The notes under the pieces were generated by a model. The model did no database searches and was not told where the DNA came from. It saw nothing but the letters and a program-made list of their open reading frames with translations. A stretch of DNA of 64,000 nt from positions 864,001 to 928,000 of the forward strand of contig OZ245817.1 in assembly GCA_965228475.1 (NCBI GenBank), in the 5' to 3' direction. Within the stretch, counting starts at the first letter, position 1; each line of letters begins with the position of its first letter. The DNA is from Myxococcota bacterium. GTDB lineage: Bacteria > Myxococcota_A > UBA9160 > JAFDDA01. The translations under genes and the position numbers were made by a program. Positions 28,711 through 37,571 of the stretch are shown here, one piece after another.

Positions 28711-28899
28711 TCAGTAGGCTTCGGGGATCCGTTCGCTGCCGAGGAACGGCTTCAGGCGGACGCTGCCCGACCCCACCATGTGATCCACGGTGGCGAAGAT
28801 TTCGTTCTCGTCCTCCGTGAGTTCGGACAGGACCAGAACCAACTCGACCAGGCTGACCTCGGGCGTCGTATCGAAGCCCGCGGGCGTCGTTTCGAACAT
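28711..28899 (-). CDS. Small acidic hypothetical protein, 62 aa (MFETTPAGFDTTPEVSLVELV...)
   Basis: GGGGAAG RBS, non-shadow amino-acid composition, sigma54 promoter directly upstream. Confidence 0.7.
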   Translation of the reverse strand: MFETTPAGFDTTPEVSLVELVLVLSELTEDENEIFATVDHMVGSGSVRLKPFLGSERIPEAY

Positions 28900-28926
28900 G
28901 TTTGCTTCCCCCTGGTGCGCCCGAAT

Positions 28927-28943
28927 TGCAGCCGGCATGCCAA
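28927..28943 (-). promoter_or_regulatory. Sigma54 (-24/-12) promoter
   Basis: Minus strand TTGGCATGCCGGCTGCA fits GG-N10-GC and the TGGCAC-N5-TTGC consensus; it ends 27 nt upstream of ATG 28899. Confidence 0.75.
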
Positions 28944-29100
28944 GGGCAGGCCTGGCGGAAAAGTTCTTGGAAACGCTTGCAGGACGGGGGCTTGGAGGAC
29001 GACACGGTGCGGCGCGGGCAGCCGTGCCGCGTCATTCGGGCCGCCGTTCCGCAGGGTCTCCGACGCTGGTCGTCGGGAACCCGACGGTCCGACCGTGCGG

Positions 29101-30183
29101 CTAGGGCGTCGGTGAGCGGAGCACGAGCGGGGCCGTGCCGTCCGCCTCGGCGGCTTCGCGCGCGGCGAGGACGGCGCTTCGGTCCGGGGCCAGGCCGCAG
29201 ACCGGGTCGGTCGCGGCCGCGTCCCCGAGCAGGGCGAAGGCCTGACAGCGGCAGCCGCCGTGGTCGCGGCCGCGCTCGGGGCAGCTCCGGCAGGGCTCCT
29301 TCATCCAGGCTTCGCCGCGGAAGGCGTTCATGCCCGGGGCGTCGCGCCAGCAGGCCGCGAGGCTGGCGTCGCGAACGTTCCAGAAGGCCAGGTCCGGGAG
29401 CCCCGCCGCCACGTGGCACGGCAGAACGAGCCCCGCCGGATTCACCACGATCATGCGCTCGCCCCAGCCGCCCATGCACGGCTTCGGACGATCGCGGTGG
29501 TAGTCCGGCATGGCGATCAGGATCTCGGGGCGTGCGGATTCCCGGCGCGCGGCTTCGATGGTCTCGAGGGCGGCGTCGAGCTGGGCGCGCGAGGGCAGGA
29601 GCGCCTCGCGGTTGCGGAGGGCCCAGCCGTAGTACTGCACGTTCGCGAGCTCGAGGCGTTCCGCGTCGAGCGCGCGCGCCAGGGCGATGAGATCCGCCAC
29701 ACGATCGAGGTTCCGTCGATGGACGACGACGTTCACCGTGAGCGGGAGTTCGGCGTCGCGCACGGCCCGGGCGAAGGCGAGCTTGCGCCCGAAACTCTCG
29801 GTGCCGGCCATCGCGTCGGAGGCGCCGGCCTCGGCATCCTGGATCGAGAGCTGCACGCTGCGCAGGCCTCGCTTGGCGAGGGGCTCCACGTCCGCGGGCT
29901 CGATGGGCAGGCCGGCCGTCACCAGGTGCACGTAGAGGCCGGCCTCGGCTGCCGCGGCGACGAGCTCCGGAAGATCGCGGCGGGCGCTCGGCTCGCCGCC
30001 CGTCAGGCCGACGTGGACGGCGCCGAGGGCCGCGGCCTCGCGGAACACCCGGGCCCAGGTCTCGGTGTCGAGTCCGTCGCGCGTCTGCGCCCAGTCGAGC
30101 GGGTTCGAGCAGTAGGCGCAGCGCAAGGGGCAGCGGTAGGTGAGTTCGGCGACGAGGTTGTAGGGCCGCGGAGCGGAGGTCAT
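29101..30183 (-). CDS. pqqE: PQQ biosynthesis radical SAM protein PqqE
   Basis: AELTYRCPLRCAYCSNP, LANVQYYGWA, PKPCMGGWG and WMKEPCRSC....DHGGCRCQA motifs. Confidence 0.96.
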   Translation of the reverse strand: MTSAPRPYNLVAELTYRCPLRCAYCSNPLDWAQTRDGLDTETWARVFREAAALGAVHVGLTGGEPSARRDLPELVAAAAEAGLYVHLVTAGLPIEPADVEPLAKRGLRSVQLSIQDAEAGASDAMAGTESFGRKLAFARAVRDAELPLTVNVVVHRRNLDRVADLIALARALDAERLELANVQYYGWALRNREALLPSRAQLDAALETIEAARRESARPEILIAMPDYHRDRPKPCMGGWGERMIVVNPAGLVLPCHVAAGLPDLAFWNVRDASLAACWRDAPGMNAFRGEAWMKEPCRSCPERGRDHGGCRCQAFALLGDAAATDPVCGLAPDRSAVLAAREAAEADGTAPLVLRSPTP

Positions 30184-30237
30184 CGCTCCGCCGCCCGTAG
30201 TTTCAGCGCTCGGCCCCCCGCCTTCATCGCTCCGCCG
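30180..30237 (-). repeat. Perfect 14-bp direct repeat of the RBS+ATGA junction, enclosing a 15-aa mini-ORF
   Basis: tcatcgctccgccg at 30180-30193 and 30224-30237. Confidence 0.85.
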
Positions 30238-31180
30238 TGAGGACGCCGGCGCCTTCCATGTGGGCGAGGAAGGCGTGTGCATCGGCGTAGGCCTCGGGGC
30301 TCTCGGGGTTCGCGCGGGCGCTCGCGAGGGCGACGGCGTCGGCGGTGCGCTCGCCGTCGCAGAGGTCGAGCAGGGCCCGGGCGCTGCGGTTCACGGCCAC
30401 GGCCCGCTCCGGAAGCACGACCAGGGTGCGGTCCTCTTCGGGCTCGTCGCGCAGCATCGCGTGGGGGACGAGCCGGGGCCTGCGATGCGCGGCCTCGACG
30501 GCGTCGAGCAGGGACCAGAGGATCTCGCACTTGCGCTCGAGGGCCGCGGCGCAGCGGTCGCGCGCCTCGGGGGTCGCGGCGTGGTCGAGCACCCAGGCGA
30601 GGCCGAAGGCCGCGTCGCGCGGCGCCTGTTTCGTGCGGGTCTGGAAGTAGCGGAGCCCGCTCGCGTCGATCCACGGGTAGTGCTTCTCGAAGGCCGCGAT
30701 GCGCACGGCCATGATGTCGCCGGCGAACATCTCGGTCAGCGAGGACGCGACGGATTCGAGCAGATCGTGGGAGTTCACGAACTCGACGTAGGCATCGCAG
30801 GCCGCGCGCACCCCGGGCACGACGTAGCGCTGGCTCTCGACCTCCTCGCGGTCGAGGCCGGTGGCGACCGCGAGGTCGAGCCAGAGCGCGAGGCCGCCCT
30901 CGCCGGGCTTCTCGCCGTCGTGGTCGTGGATGCGGCCGATCCACTCGCGGCGGAAGTCGGTCGTGGTGCCGTCCTTCGCGAGGATCGTCGAGTCCTTCTT
31001 CGGGATGCGCGTCTGGTAGTAGTAGCGGTTGCGGGCCCAGGTCCGGAGTTCTTCCGGCGTGAGCGTGCCGTCGTGCATGCGCAGGTTGAACGGGTGCCGG
31101 TGGTGGTAGCGTTCGTCGCCGATGGCGCGCAGCCGAGCCTCGAACTCCGCGCGGACCGTCCCGTCGTCCGCGGCGCTCAA
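30224..31180 (-). CDS. pqqC: PqqC-PqqD fusion (PQQ synthase plus RRE peptide chaperone)
   Basis: RYHHRHPF, NRYYYQTRIP.KD, SSLTEMFA and KCEILWSLLDA (PqqC), then RPRL...LPERAVAVNRSARALLDLCDGERT (PqqD); TTG start overlaps the pqqB stop. Confidence 0.93.
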   Translation of the reverse strand: MSAADDGTVRAEFEARLRAIGDERYHHRHPFNLRMHDGTLTPEELRTWARNRYYYQTRIPKKDSTILAKDGTTTDFRREWIGRIHDHDGEKPGEGGLALWLDLAVATGLDREEVESQRYVVPGVRAACDAYVEFVNSHDLLESVASSLTEMFAGDIMAVRIAAFEKHYPWIDASGLRYFQTRTKQAPRDAAFGLAWVLDHAATPEARDRCAAALERKCEILWSLLDAVEAAHRRPRLVPHAMLRDEPEEDRTLVVLPERAVAVNRSARALLDLCDGERTADAVALASARANPESPEAYADAHAFLAHMEGAGVLTAER

Positions 31181-32073
31181 ATCTCGAACTCCATCCCGTC
31201 GAGGGCGATCTCCACGCCGTGCTTGCGCGCTCCGTGGGCCTCGGGGGAGGCCGCGTCGAGCACCGGGTTCGTGTTGTTCATGTGGATGTAGAGCCGTCGC
31301 CCGCGCAGGCCCGAGAGCGGTGCGAGGCTCCCGCGCGGCCCCTCGATCGGCACGTGGGCCATGGCGAAGGCGTCCGGCGCGCCGGGCCGGAGCTTTCGCA
31401 GCTCGTCCGCCGTGTGGAAGGTCCCGTCGACGAAGGCGCAGTCCGCGGCTTCGAGTTCGGCGGCGACGCCGGCGTCGATCTCGCGGGTGCCCGGGACGAA
31501 GACCAGCCGCCGGCCCGTCGGCAGCTCCGTCACCCGCACGCCGACGTTCCCTTCGGCGGTGTAGGGCTCGGCGACCTCCTTGAGGAAGCCCGGCGTCTTG
31601 CCCGGCGCCGGGAAGAAGCGCGCCTCGAGCTGTTCCTCGCGGTCGAGGTGGAAGGGGCGGTCGAGGCCGAAGGCGCCCCAGGCGGCGTCGAGCAGACGGA
31701 AGCAGGCGTTGTGGTCGAGCAGCGCGCGGCGCACCCACTCGGTCGAGCAGATCCGGTAGGAGAGCGCTTCGCGCAGGACGAGCAGGCCCATCGTGTGGTC
31801 GAGCTCGGCGTTGGTGAGCACGATGGAATCGATGGGCAGGTCCCGGGTGCCGGGGCGCGGGTGGAGCGTCGGCGTCGCCGCGAGCTGGTGGCGGATGTCC
31901 GGTGCCGCGTTCAGGATCGACCAGCGCGTACCGTCGGCGGAGACCGCGACGGAAGGCTGGGTGCGGGCCGGGACGTCCGGGTCGCCCGCCCGCGCGCGCA
32001 CGCAGTTCTCGCAGCCGCAGTTCCACTGGGGCAGGCCGCCTCCGGCGCACGAGCCGAGCACGCGGACCTTCAC
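31177..32073 (-). CDS. pqqB: PQQ biosynthesis protein PqqB
   Basis: VLGSCAGGGLPQWNCGCENC, RTQPSVAVSADG, LTNAELDHTMGLL.LRE and IHMNNTNP motifs. Confidence 0.96.
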   Translation of the reverse strand: MKVRVLGSCAGGGLPQWNCGCENCVRARAGDPDVPARTQPSVAVSADGTRWSILNAAPDIRHQLAATPTLHPRPGTRDLPIDSIVLTNAELDHTMGLLVLREALSYRICSTEWVRRALLDHNACFRLLDAAWGAFGLDRPFHLDREEQLEARFFPAPGKTPGFLKEVAEPYTAEGNVGVRVTELPTGRRLVFVPGTREIDAGVAAELEAADCAFVDGTFHTADELRKLRPGAPDAFAMAHVPIEGPRGSLAPLSGLRGRRLYIHMNNTNPVLDAASPEAHGARKHGVEIALDGMEFEI

Positions 32074-32123
32074 GGGCTAGCTCGTTCCTGTCGCGACCGA
32101 GCGCGCCTTCACGGCCTAGCTCG
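32067..32123 (-). repeat. 18-bp direct repeat (1 mismatch) of the stop-spacer-start junction, enclosing an 11-aa mini-ORF
   Basis: ccttcacgggctagctcg at 32067-32084 and ccttcacggcctagctcg at 32106-32123. Confidence 0.85.
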
Positions 32124-33858
32124 CGTTCGCGGCTTCGAGGGCGAGCACGCGCGCGTCGCGATCGAGGCGGCCTTCGGCGTTCTCCGCGATGCGGCGGGCG
32201 AGCGCCTGGTCGACGATGGCCCGGCGGCGGATGAAGGATTCCGCGACGTCGAGGCGGCTCGGGTCGGTGCCGGCCTGGCGCAGCAGCTCCGCGCCGGCGA
32301 TCACGTCGATCACCATCTCCGCGACGAGCTTCGCCCGCATGAGCGCGTAGGAGAGATCCGCGAAGAGCACCTTGGCCGAGTCCTCGACGTGCCCGATGCC
32401 CTCGACGAGCAGGCCCGCGAGCGGCGCCCGGGCGTCGTCCTTCATGGCTTCGAGCTCGGCCCGGACCTCGCCGAACACCACGCCCAGCGCTCCCTTGCCG
32501 ATCTCCTTCAGCGCGAAGGAGGCCTGGATCTCGCTCGTGCCTTCGTAGACGGTCATGATCAGGCTGTCGGCGTGGAGCTTCGCGACGTGGGCATCCATGG
32601 TGAAGCCGATCCCGCCGAAGACCTGCATCGCGTCGCGGGTGACCTCGGTGCAGATCTCCGTCGCGAAGTACTTGCAGAGCGGCGTCAGCAGACGGACGCG
32701 GACCTCTTCGTGCTCGAGCTTCGCCTGGAGCTCGCCGCGCTCCGCTTCCGAGAGCCCCTCGCGCAGGAGCGCGCGGCGGCGCGCCTCGTTGCGGTCGGCG
32801 ATCTCGACGGCGCGGTAGAGCAGGGCGCGCGCGGCTTCGATGTCGACGCGCATCTTGGCGACCATCTCGAGCACGAGCGGCTGCTTCAGGATCGGCTGGC
32901 CGAACTGCTCGCGCGTCTGGGCGTAGGCGTAGGCCTCGGCGAAGGCGGCCTCCGCGATGCCGATGGCCTGGGCCGCGACGCCGAGCCGCGCGTTGTTCAT
33001 CAGCTCGAGCATGGCCCGGAAACCCTTGCCCTTCTCGCCGATGCGCTGGCCGATGGCGCCCTCGAAGACGACCTCGCAGGTCGGCGAGCCATGGATGCCG
33101 AGCTTGCTCTCGAGGCGCGAGACCCGCACGCCGTTCGAGCTGCCGTCGTCCTTGTGGCGCCGCACGACGATCAGCGAGAGGCCGTTGGTCGTGCCCTTCG
33201 ACTCCTCGAAGTTGTCGTCATCCCGGGCGAGCACGAGGTGCACCTCGCCGCCGCCGTTGGTGATGAAGATCTTCTGGCCGTCGACCTGGATGTTGCCGTC
33301 GGGCAGCTCCTTGGCGCGCGTGGTGATGCGGCCGAGGTCGCTGCCGGCCTGGGGCTCGGTCAGGTCCATGCAGCCCTGCCACTCGCCCGAGGTCATGCGC
33401 GGCAGGATCGCCTGCTTGACTTCCTCGTCGCCGAAGACCGCGATGTCCCCGGCGGCACCGGCCTGCAGGCCGACCACGGTCATCAGGCTCGTGTCCGCCC
33501 GCGAGATCATCTCGAGGTACATGATGTTCACGAGCATCGGCAGGTCCGGGCCGCCGTAGGCCTCGGGGACGGGCAGGCAGATCAGGCCGTTCTCGGCGAG
33601 CTGCTGGTAGGCGGCCCGGATGTGGGCCGGCGGTTCGGCGCCGCCGTCGGGGGTGAGCGTCGCCTCCTCGGCCCAGGCCTCCCGGGCCGGCTCTTCGAAG
33701 CTCTCGGCGAGGCTCTCGACGGTCTCGAGGACGGTGCGGTAGGCGCCGGTCTCGGCGTCGGCATCGACGCCTTCGCCCGCCCGGAGGGTGAGCAGGTTCT
33801 CCCAATCGACCAGGCGATCGAGGTAGAGACGCATGGCGGGCGCGAAATACGAGGGCAC
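32116..33858 (-). CDS. Acyl-CoA dehydrogenase family protein
   Basis: MDLTEPQAGSDL, GQKIFITNGG, KLGIHGSPTCE, MNNARLGVA, QVFGGIGF and VYEGTSEIQ motifs. Confidence 0.95.
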   Translation of the reverse strand: MPSYFAPAMRLYLDRLVDWENLLTLRAGEGVDADAETGAYRTVLETVESLAESFEEPAREAWAEEATLTPDGGAEPPAHIRAAYQQLAENGLICLPVPEAYGGPDLPMLVNIMYLEMISRADTSLMTVVGLQAGAAGDIAVFGDEEVKQAILPRMTSGEWQGCMDLTEPQAGSDLGRITTRAKELPDGNIQVDGQKIFITNGGGEVHLVLARDDDNFEESKGTTNGLSLIVVRRHKDDGSSNGVRVSRLESKLGIHGSPTCEVVFEGAIGQRIGEKGKGFRAMLELMNNARLGVAAQAIGIAEAAFAEAYAYAQTREQFGQPILKQPLVLEMVAKMRVDIEAARALLYRAVEIADRNEARRRALLREGLSEAERGELQAKLEHEEVRVRLLTPLCKYFATEICTEVTRDAMQVFGGIGFTMDAHVAKLHADSLIMTVYEGTSEIQASFALKEIGKGALGVVFGEVRAELEAMKDDARAPLAGLLVEGIGHVEDSAKVLFADLSYALMRAKLVAEMVIDVIAGAELLRQAGTDPSRLDVAESFIRRRAIVDQALARRIAENAEGRLDRDARVLALEAANAS

Positions 33859-33953
33859 GGGGGATTCTCCGGTTCGAAGAGGATTGCTGGAAGCCGCGGG
33901 GAGGGCCGATCGGGGGTCCTCCCGCGGGCTACGTAGGGTAGCTTATGCGCCCC

Positions 33954-36900
33954 ATGAGCAATGCCGTGTTCGAGCAGGTCGCCCCCGTCGCGAACTTCCC
34001 CGAGGTCGAGGCCGAGATCGTCGCCTTCTGGCGGGAGCGCGAGATCTTCCGCCGCTCGCTCGAGCGCCGCGCCGAGGGCCCGCGCTGGACGTTCTACGAG
34101 GGGCCGCCGACGGCGAACGGCCTCCCGCACAACGGCTCGGTCCTGACGCGCGTCATGAAGGACGTCTTCCCGCGCTACCGCTCCATGCGCGGCCACCACG
34201 TCCCGCGCATCGCCGGCTGGGACACCCACGGCCTGCCGGTCGAGATCGAGGTCGAAAAAGAGCTCCGCATCTCGGGCAAGCAGGCCATCGTCGACTACGG
34301 CGTCGAGCCCTTCGTGAAGCGCTGCATCGAGAGCGTCTTCCGCTACGTCGGCGAGTGGGAGCGGCTGACGGAGAAGCTCGGCTTCTGGGTCGACCTCGAC
34401 CGCGCCTACGTCACCTACCACGAGGCCTACGTCGAATCGGTCTGGTGGGCCCTCTCCGAGCTCTTCAAGCAGGACCTGCTCTACCAGGGGCACAAGGTGG
34501 TCTGGTGGTGGGCCCAGGGCGGAACGGCGCTCTCGGCGGCCGAGGTGGGCGACGGCTACAAGCAGGTGGACGACCCGTCCCTCTACGTTCGCATGCCGCT
34601 CGAGGACGGAAGCGGCCGGTCGCTCCTCGCCTGGACGACCACGCCGTGGACGCTGCCGAGCAACTGCTTCGCAGCGGTCCGGCCCGAGTTCACCTACGCG
34701 GACGTGCGCGACGGGGAGGACGTCCTCGTCGTGGCCGAGGCGCTCGTGCCGACGCTGGCCGAGAAGGTCGGCCGCGATCTCGCGGTGGAGCGCACCTACC
34801 CCGGCTCCGAGCTGGTCGGGCTCCGCTACACGCCGCCCTTCGACTGGTTCCACGGTGCGAGCGACCGTCCGGGCGGGGAGGACGGCTACTGGCGCGTGGT
34901 CGCCGCGCCCTTCGTCGAGCTCGACGCCGGCACTGGCATCGTCCACGCCGCGCCCGCCTACGGCGAGGTCGACTTCGAGTTGCTCCAGACCGAACGCAAA
35001 GCCCGCGACCTGCCGCTGGTGAACGCCGTCCTGCCGGACGGAAGCTACGAGGCGGGCGTGGCACCGGAGGCCTACGCCGGGCGCTGGGTGAAGTCCTGCG
35101 ATCGGGACCTCATCCGCGAACTCAAGGAGCGCGGCCTCGCCTGGCACGCCGAGACGATCCGGCACGACTACCCGTTCTGCTGGCGGGCCGAGCAGGATCC
35201 CCTGATCCAGTACGCCCGCCCGGCCTGGTACGTGCGCACGACCGAGCGCGTGCAGGAGGCGCTCGCCAACAACGCCGAAGTGAACTGGCTGCCCGAGCAC
35301 ATCCAGGAAGGCCGCTTCGGCGACTTCCTGCGCAACAACGTGGATTGGGCGCTCTCGCGCGAACGCTTCTGGGGCACGCCCCTCAACATCTGGATCAACG
35401 ACGAGACCGGCGCCATGGATGCGCCGGCGTCCGTCGCCGAGATCCTCGAGCGCAACCCCGAGGCCTTCGCGCGCTTCGACGCCGCGAAGGCCGAAGACCC
35501 GGACCTCTCGCCGCATCTGCGCGTGCACAAGCCGTGGATCGACTACGTCACCTGGCAGAAACCCGGCGAGCCCGGCACCTACCGGCGCGTCCCCGAGGTG
35601 ATCGACGCGTGGTTCGATTCCGGCTCCATGCCCTTCGCCCAGTTCGGCGCGCCGCACCGCAATCGGGCCGACTTCGAAGAGGCCTTCCCGGCGGACTTCA
35701 TCTGCGAAGCGATCGACCAGACGCGCGGCTGGTTCAATTCGCTCCTCTGGATCTCGACGCTGCTCTTCCCGGATCAGTCGAAGCCGCACCCCTACCGCAA
35801 CTGCATCGTGCTCGGGCACGTGTGCGACCGGGAGGGGCGCAAGGAGTCGAAGAGCAAGGGCAACTACACGCCGCCGGAGATCATCCTCGACCGCGTGCGC
35901 CTCGAGTTCGCCGTGCTCGATGCCGAGGCGGACCTCCCCGCAGGCCGCGCGCGCATCGGCCGCGAGGACTACGAGGGGCTCGACTTCACCGGCGAGGGTC
36001 AGGCCGTCCGCGTCTACCGCGGCGATGCGGAGGGGGAGGGCGTCGAGCTCGTGCTCGAACCCGCGGCGCTGCCGCGCCGGGTGATCGAACTCTCGGCGGC
36101 GGATCGCGAGAAGCTCGGCGTCGCGGAGGCGCCCCACGGGCGCGAGACCCAGCTCGGCGAGGTGCCCGGCCTGCCCGCGGATCGGAAGCTCTTCGTCGAG
36201 GATCCGAACACGCCGGCGCCCGGGGCCGATGCCTTCCGCTGGTTCTTCTTCGCGGCGAACCCGCCCTGGAACAACACGCGCCATTCCCTCGGCGGCGTCC
36301 GCGCCCTCCAGCGCGACGTCCCGATGAAGCTGCGCAACGTCTACGCGTTCTTCTCGATCTACGCGAACGTCGACGGCTTCGACCCGGCGGACGCGGCCTG
36401 CCGGGAGGGCCGCCGCCCCGCCGGCGAGCGGGCGCTCCTCGACCGCTGGATCCTCTCGGAGCTCGCGCTCACCAACCGCCGCGTGATCGAGCACATGGAC
36501 GGCTACCGGCTCTACGACGCGACCGGCGCGCTGTCGTCCTTCGTCGATGCGCTCTCGAACTGGTGGGTGCGCCGCAGCCGCGACCGCTTCTGGGCCAGCG
36601 GCCTCGGCGAGGACAAGCTCGATGCGCACTGGACGCTCTACGAGTGCATCGTGACGCTCGCGAAGCTCCTGGCACCCTTCCTGCCCTTCGCGAGCGAAGA
36701 GATCTGGCAGAACCTCGTGCGCCGGCCCTTCCCGGAGTCCGACGACGAGAGCGTCCACCTCTGCGATTTCCCGGAGCCCGACGAGAGCCACGTCGACGCC
36801 GCACTCTCCGAGGCCATGGCGCTCGTGCGCGAGATCGTCTCGCTCGGCATGCAGGTGCGGACCGCGGGCAAGCTGAAGGTGCGCCAGCCGCTTTCCGCTG

Positions 36901-37553
36901 CGGAGGTCGTGCTCGCACGTCCCGAGCAGGCGGCGGCGATCGAGTCGCACCTCGAGCTCATCCGCGACGAGCTGAACGTCCACGAGGTCCGCTTCGTTCC
37001 GAAAGCCGACGAGTACGTGAGCTACCGGGTGCAGCCGAACTTCCGGGCGCTCGGTCCGCGGGTCGGCAAGCGCATGCCCGCGCTCAAAAAGGCTCTCGGC
37101 GAGGCCGACGGCGCGAGCCTGCTCGCCCAGCTCGAGGCGGACGGCGAAGTGACGATCGAGATCGAGGGCGAACGCTTCGCGCTGTCTCCCGACGAGATCG
37201 CCGTGAGCCTCGAAGCGAAGGAAGGCTTCGCGGCGGCTGCGGGAAGCGGCGGGGTGGTCGTCCTGCGCACGAGCCTGACCGAGGAGCTCGTGGCGGAGGG
37301 CCGCTACCGCGAGGTCCTGAACCGGGTGCAGACCCTGCGCAAGGAGCTCGACCTCGCCTACACCCAGCGCATCCGGCTGACCCTCGACGGTTCGGCGACC
37401 CTGCTCGACGCCGTGCGCCCGCGCGTCGAGAGCCTGGCCGGAGACGTGCTCGCCGTGGAGGTCGAGCTGGGCGCGGAGCCCGCCGCCGGCGCGCAGGCGC
37501 GCGAAGTCGCCATCGACGGTGAGCCGCTGCGCATCGGCCTCCTCGAGGCCTGA
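33954..37553 (+). CDS. ileS: Isoleucine--tRNA ligase, type 2 (IleRS2)
   Basis: FYEGPPTANG, GWDTHGLPVE, AWTTTPWTLPSN, DWALSRERFWGTPL, WFDSGSMP and DQTRGWF motifs; IleRS2-type C-terminus (PNFRALGPRVGK...VQTLRK). Confidence 0.96.
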   Translation: MSNAVFEQVAPVANFPEVEAEIVAFWREREIFRRSLERRAEGPRWTFYEGPPTANGLPHNGSVLTRVMKDVFPRYRSMRGHHVPRIAGWDTHGLPVEIEVEKELRISGKQAIVDYGVEPFVKRCIESVFRYVGEWERLTEKLGFWVDLDRAYVTYHEAYVESVWWALSELFKQDLLYQGHKVVWWWAQGGTALSAAEVGDGYKQVDDPSLYVRMPLEDGSGRSLLAWTTTPWTLPSNCFAAVRPEFTYADVRDGEDVLVVAEALVPTLAEKVGRDLAVERTYPGSELVGLRYTPPFDWFHGASDRPGGEDGYWRVVAAPFVELDAGTGIVHAAPAYGEVDFELLQTERKARDLPLVNAVLPDGSYEAGVAPEAYAGRWVKSCDRDLIRELKERGLAWHAETIRHDYPFCWRAEQDPLIQYARPAWYVRTTERVQEALANNAEVNWLPEHIQEGRFGDFLRNNVDWALSRERFWGTPLNIWINDETGAMDAPASVAEILERNPEAFARFDAAKAEDPDLSPHLRVHKPWIDYVTWQKPGEPGTYRRVPEVIDAWFDSGSMPFAQFGAPHRNRADFEEAFPADFICEAIDQTRGWFNSLLWISTLLFPDQSKPHPYRNCIVLGHVCDREGRKESKSKGNYTPPEIILDRVRLEFAVLDAEADLPAGRARIGREDYEGLDFTGEGQAVRVYRGDAEGEGVELVLEPAALPRRVIELSAADREKLGVAEAPHGRETQLGEVPGLPADRKLFVEDPNTPAPGADAFRWFFFAANPPWNNTRHSLGGVRALQRDVPMKLRNVYAFFSIYANVDGFDPADAACREGRRPAGERALLDRWILSELALTNRRVIEHMDGYRLYDATGALSSFVDALSNWWVRRSRDRFWASGLGEDKLDAHWTLYECIVTLAKLLAPFLPFASEEIWQNLVRRPFPESDDESVHLCDFPEPDESHVDAALSEAMALVREIVSLGMQVRTAGKLKVRQPLSAAEVVLARPEQAAAIESHLELIRDELNVHEVRFVPKADEYVSYRVQPNFRALGPRVGKRMPALKKALGEADGASLLAQLEADGEVTIEIEGERFALSPDEIAVSLEAKEGFAAAAGSGGVVVLRTSLTEELVAEGRYREVLNRVQTLRKELDLAYTQRIRLTLDGSATLLDAVRPRVESLAGDVLAVEVELGAEPAAGAQAREVAIDGEPLRIGLLEA

Positions 37554-37571
37554 GGCGCCGCAGCCCGCGGG

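Noticed and set aside
28711..28899. 62-aa protein downstream of pqqE as a possible PqqA precursor
   Set aside because: No ExxxY spacing (the C-terminus is ERIPEAY), no W..P leader, too long, and it has its own sigma54 promoter.
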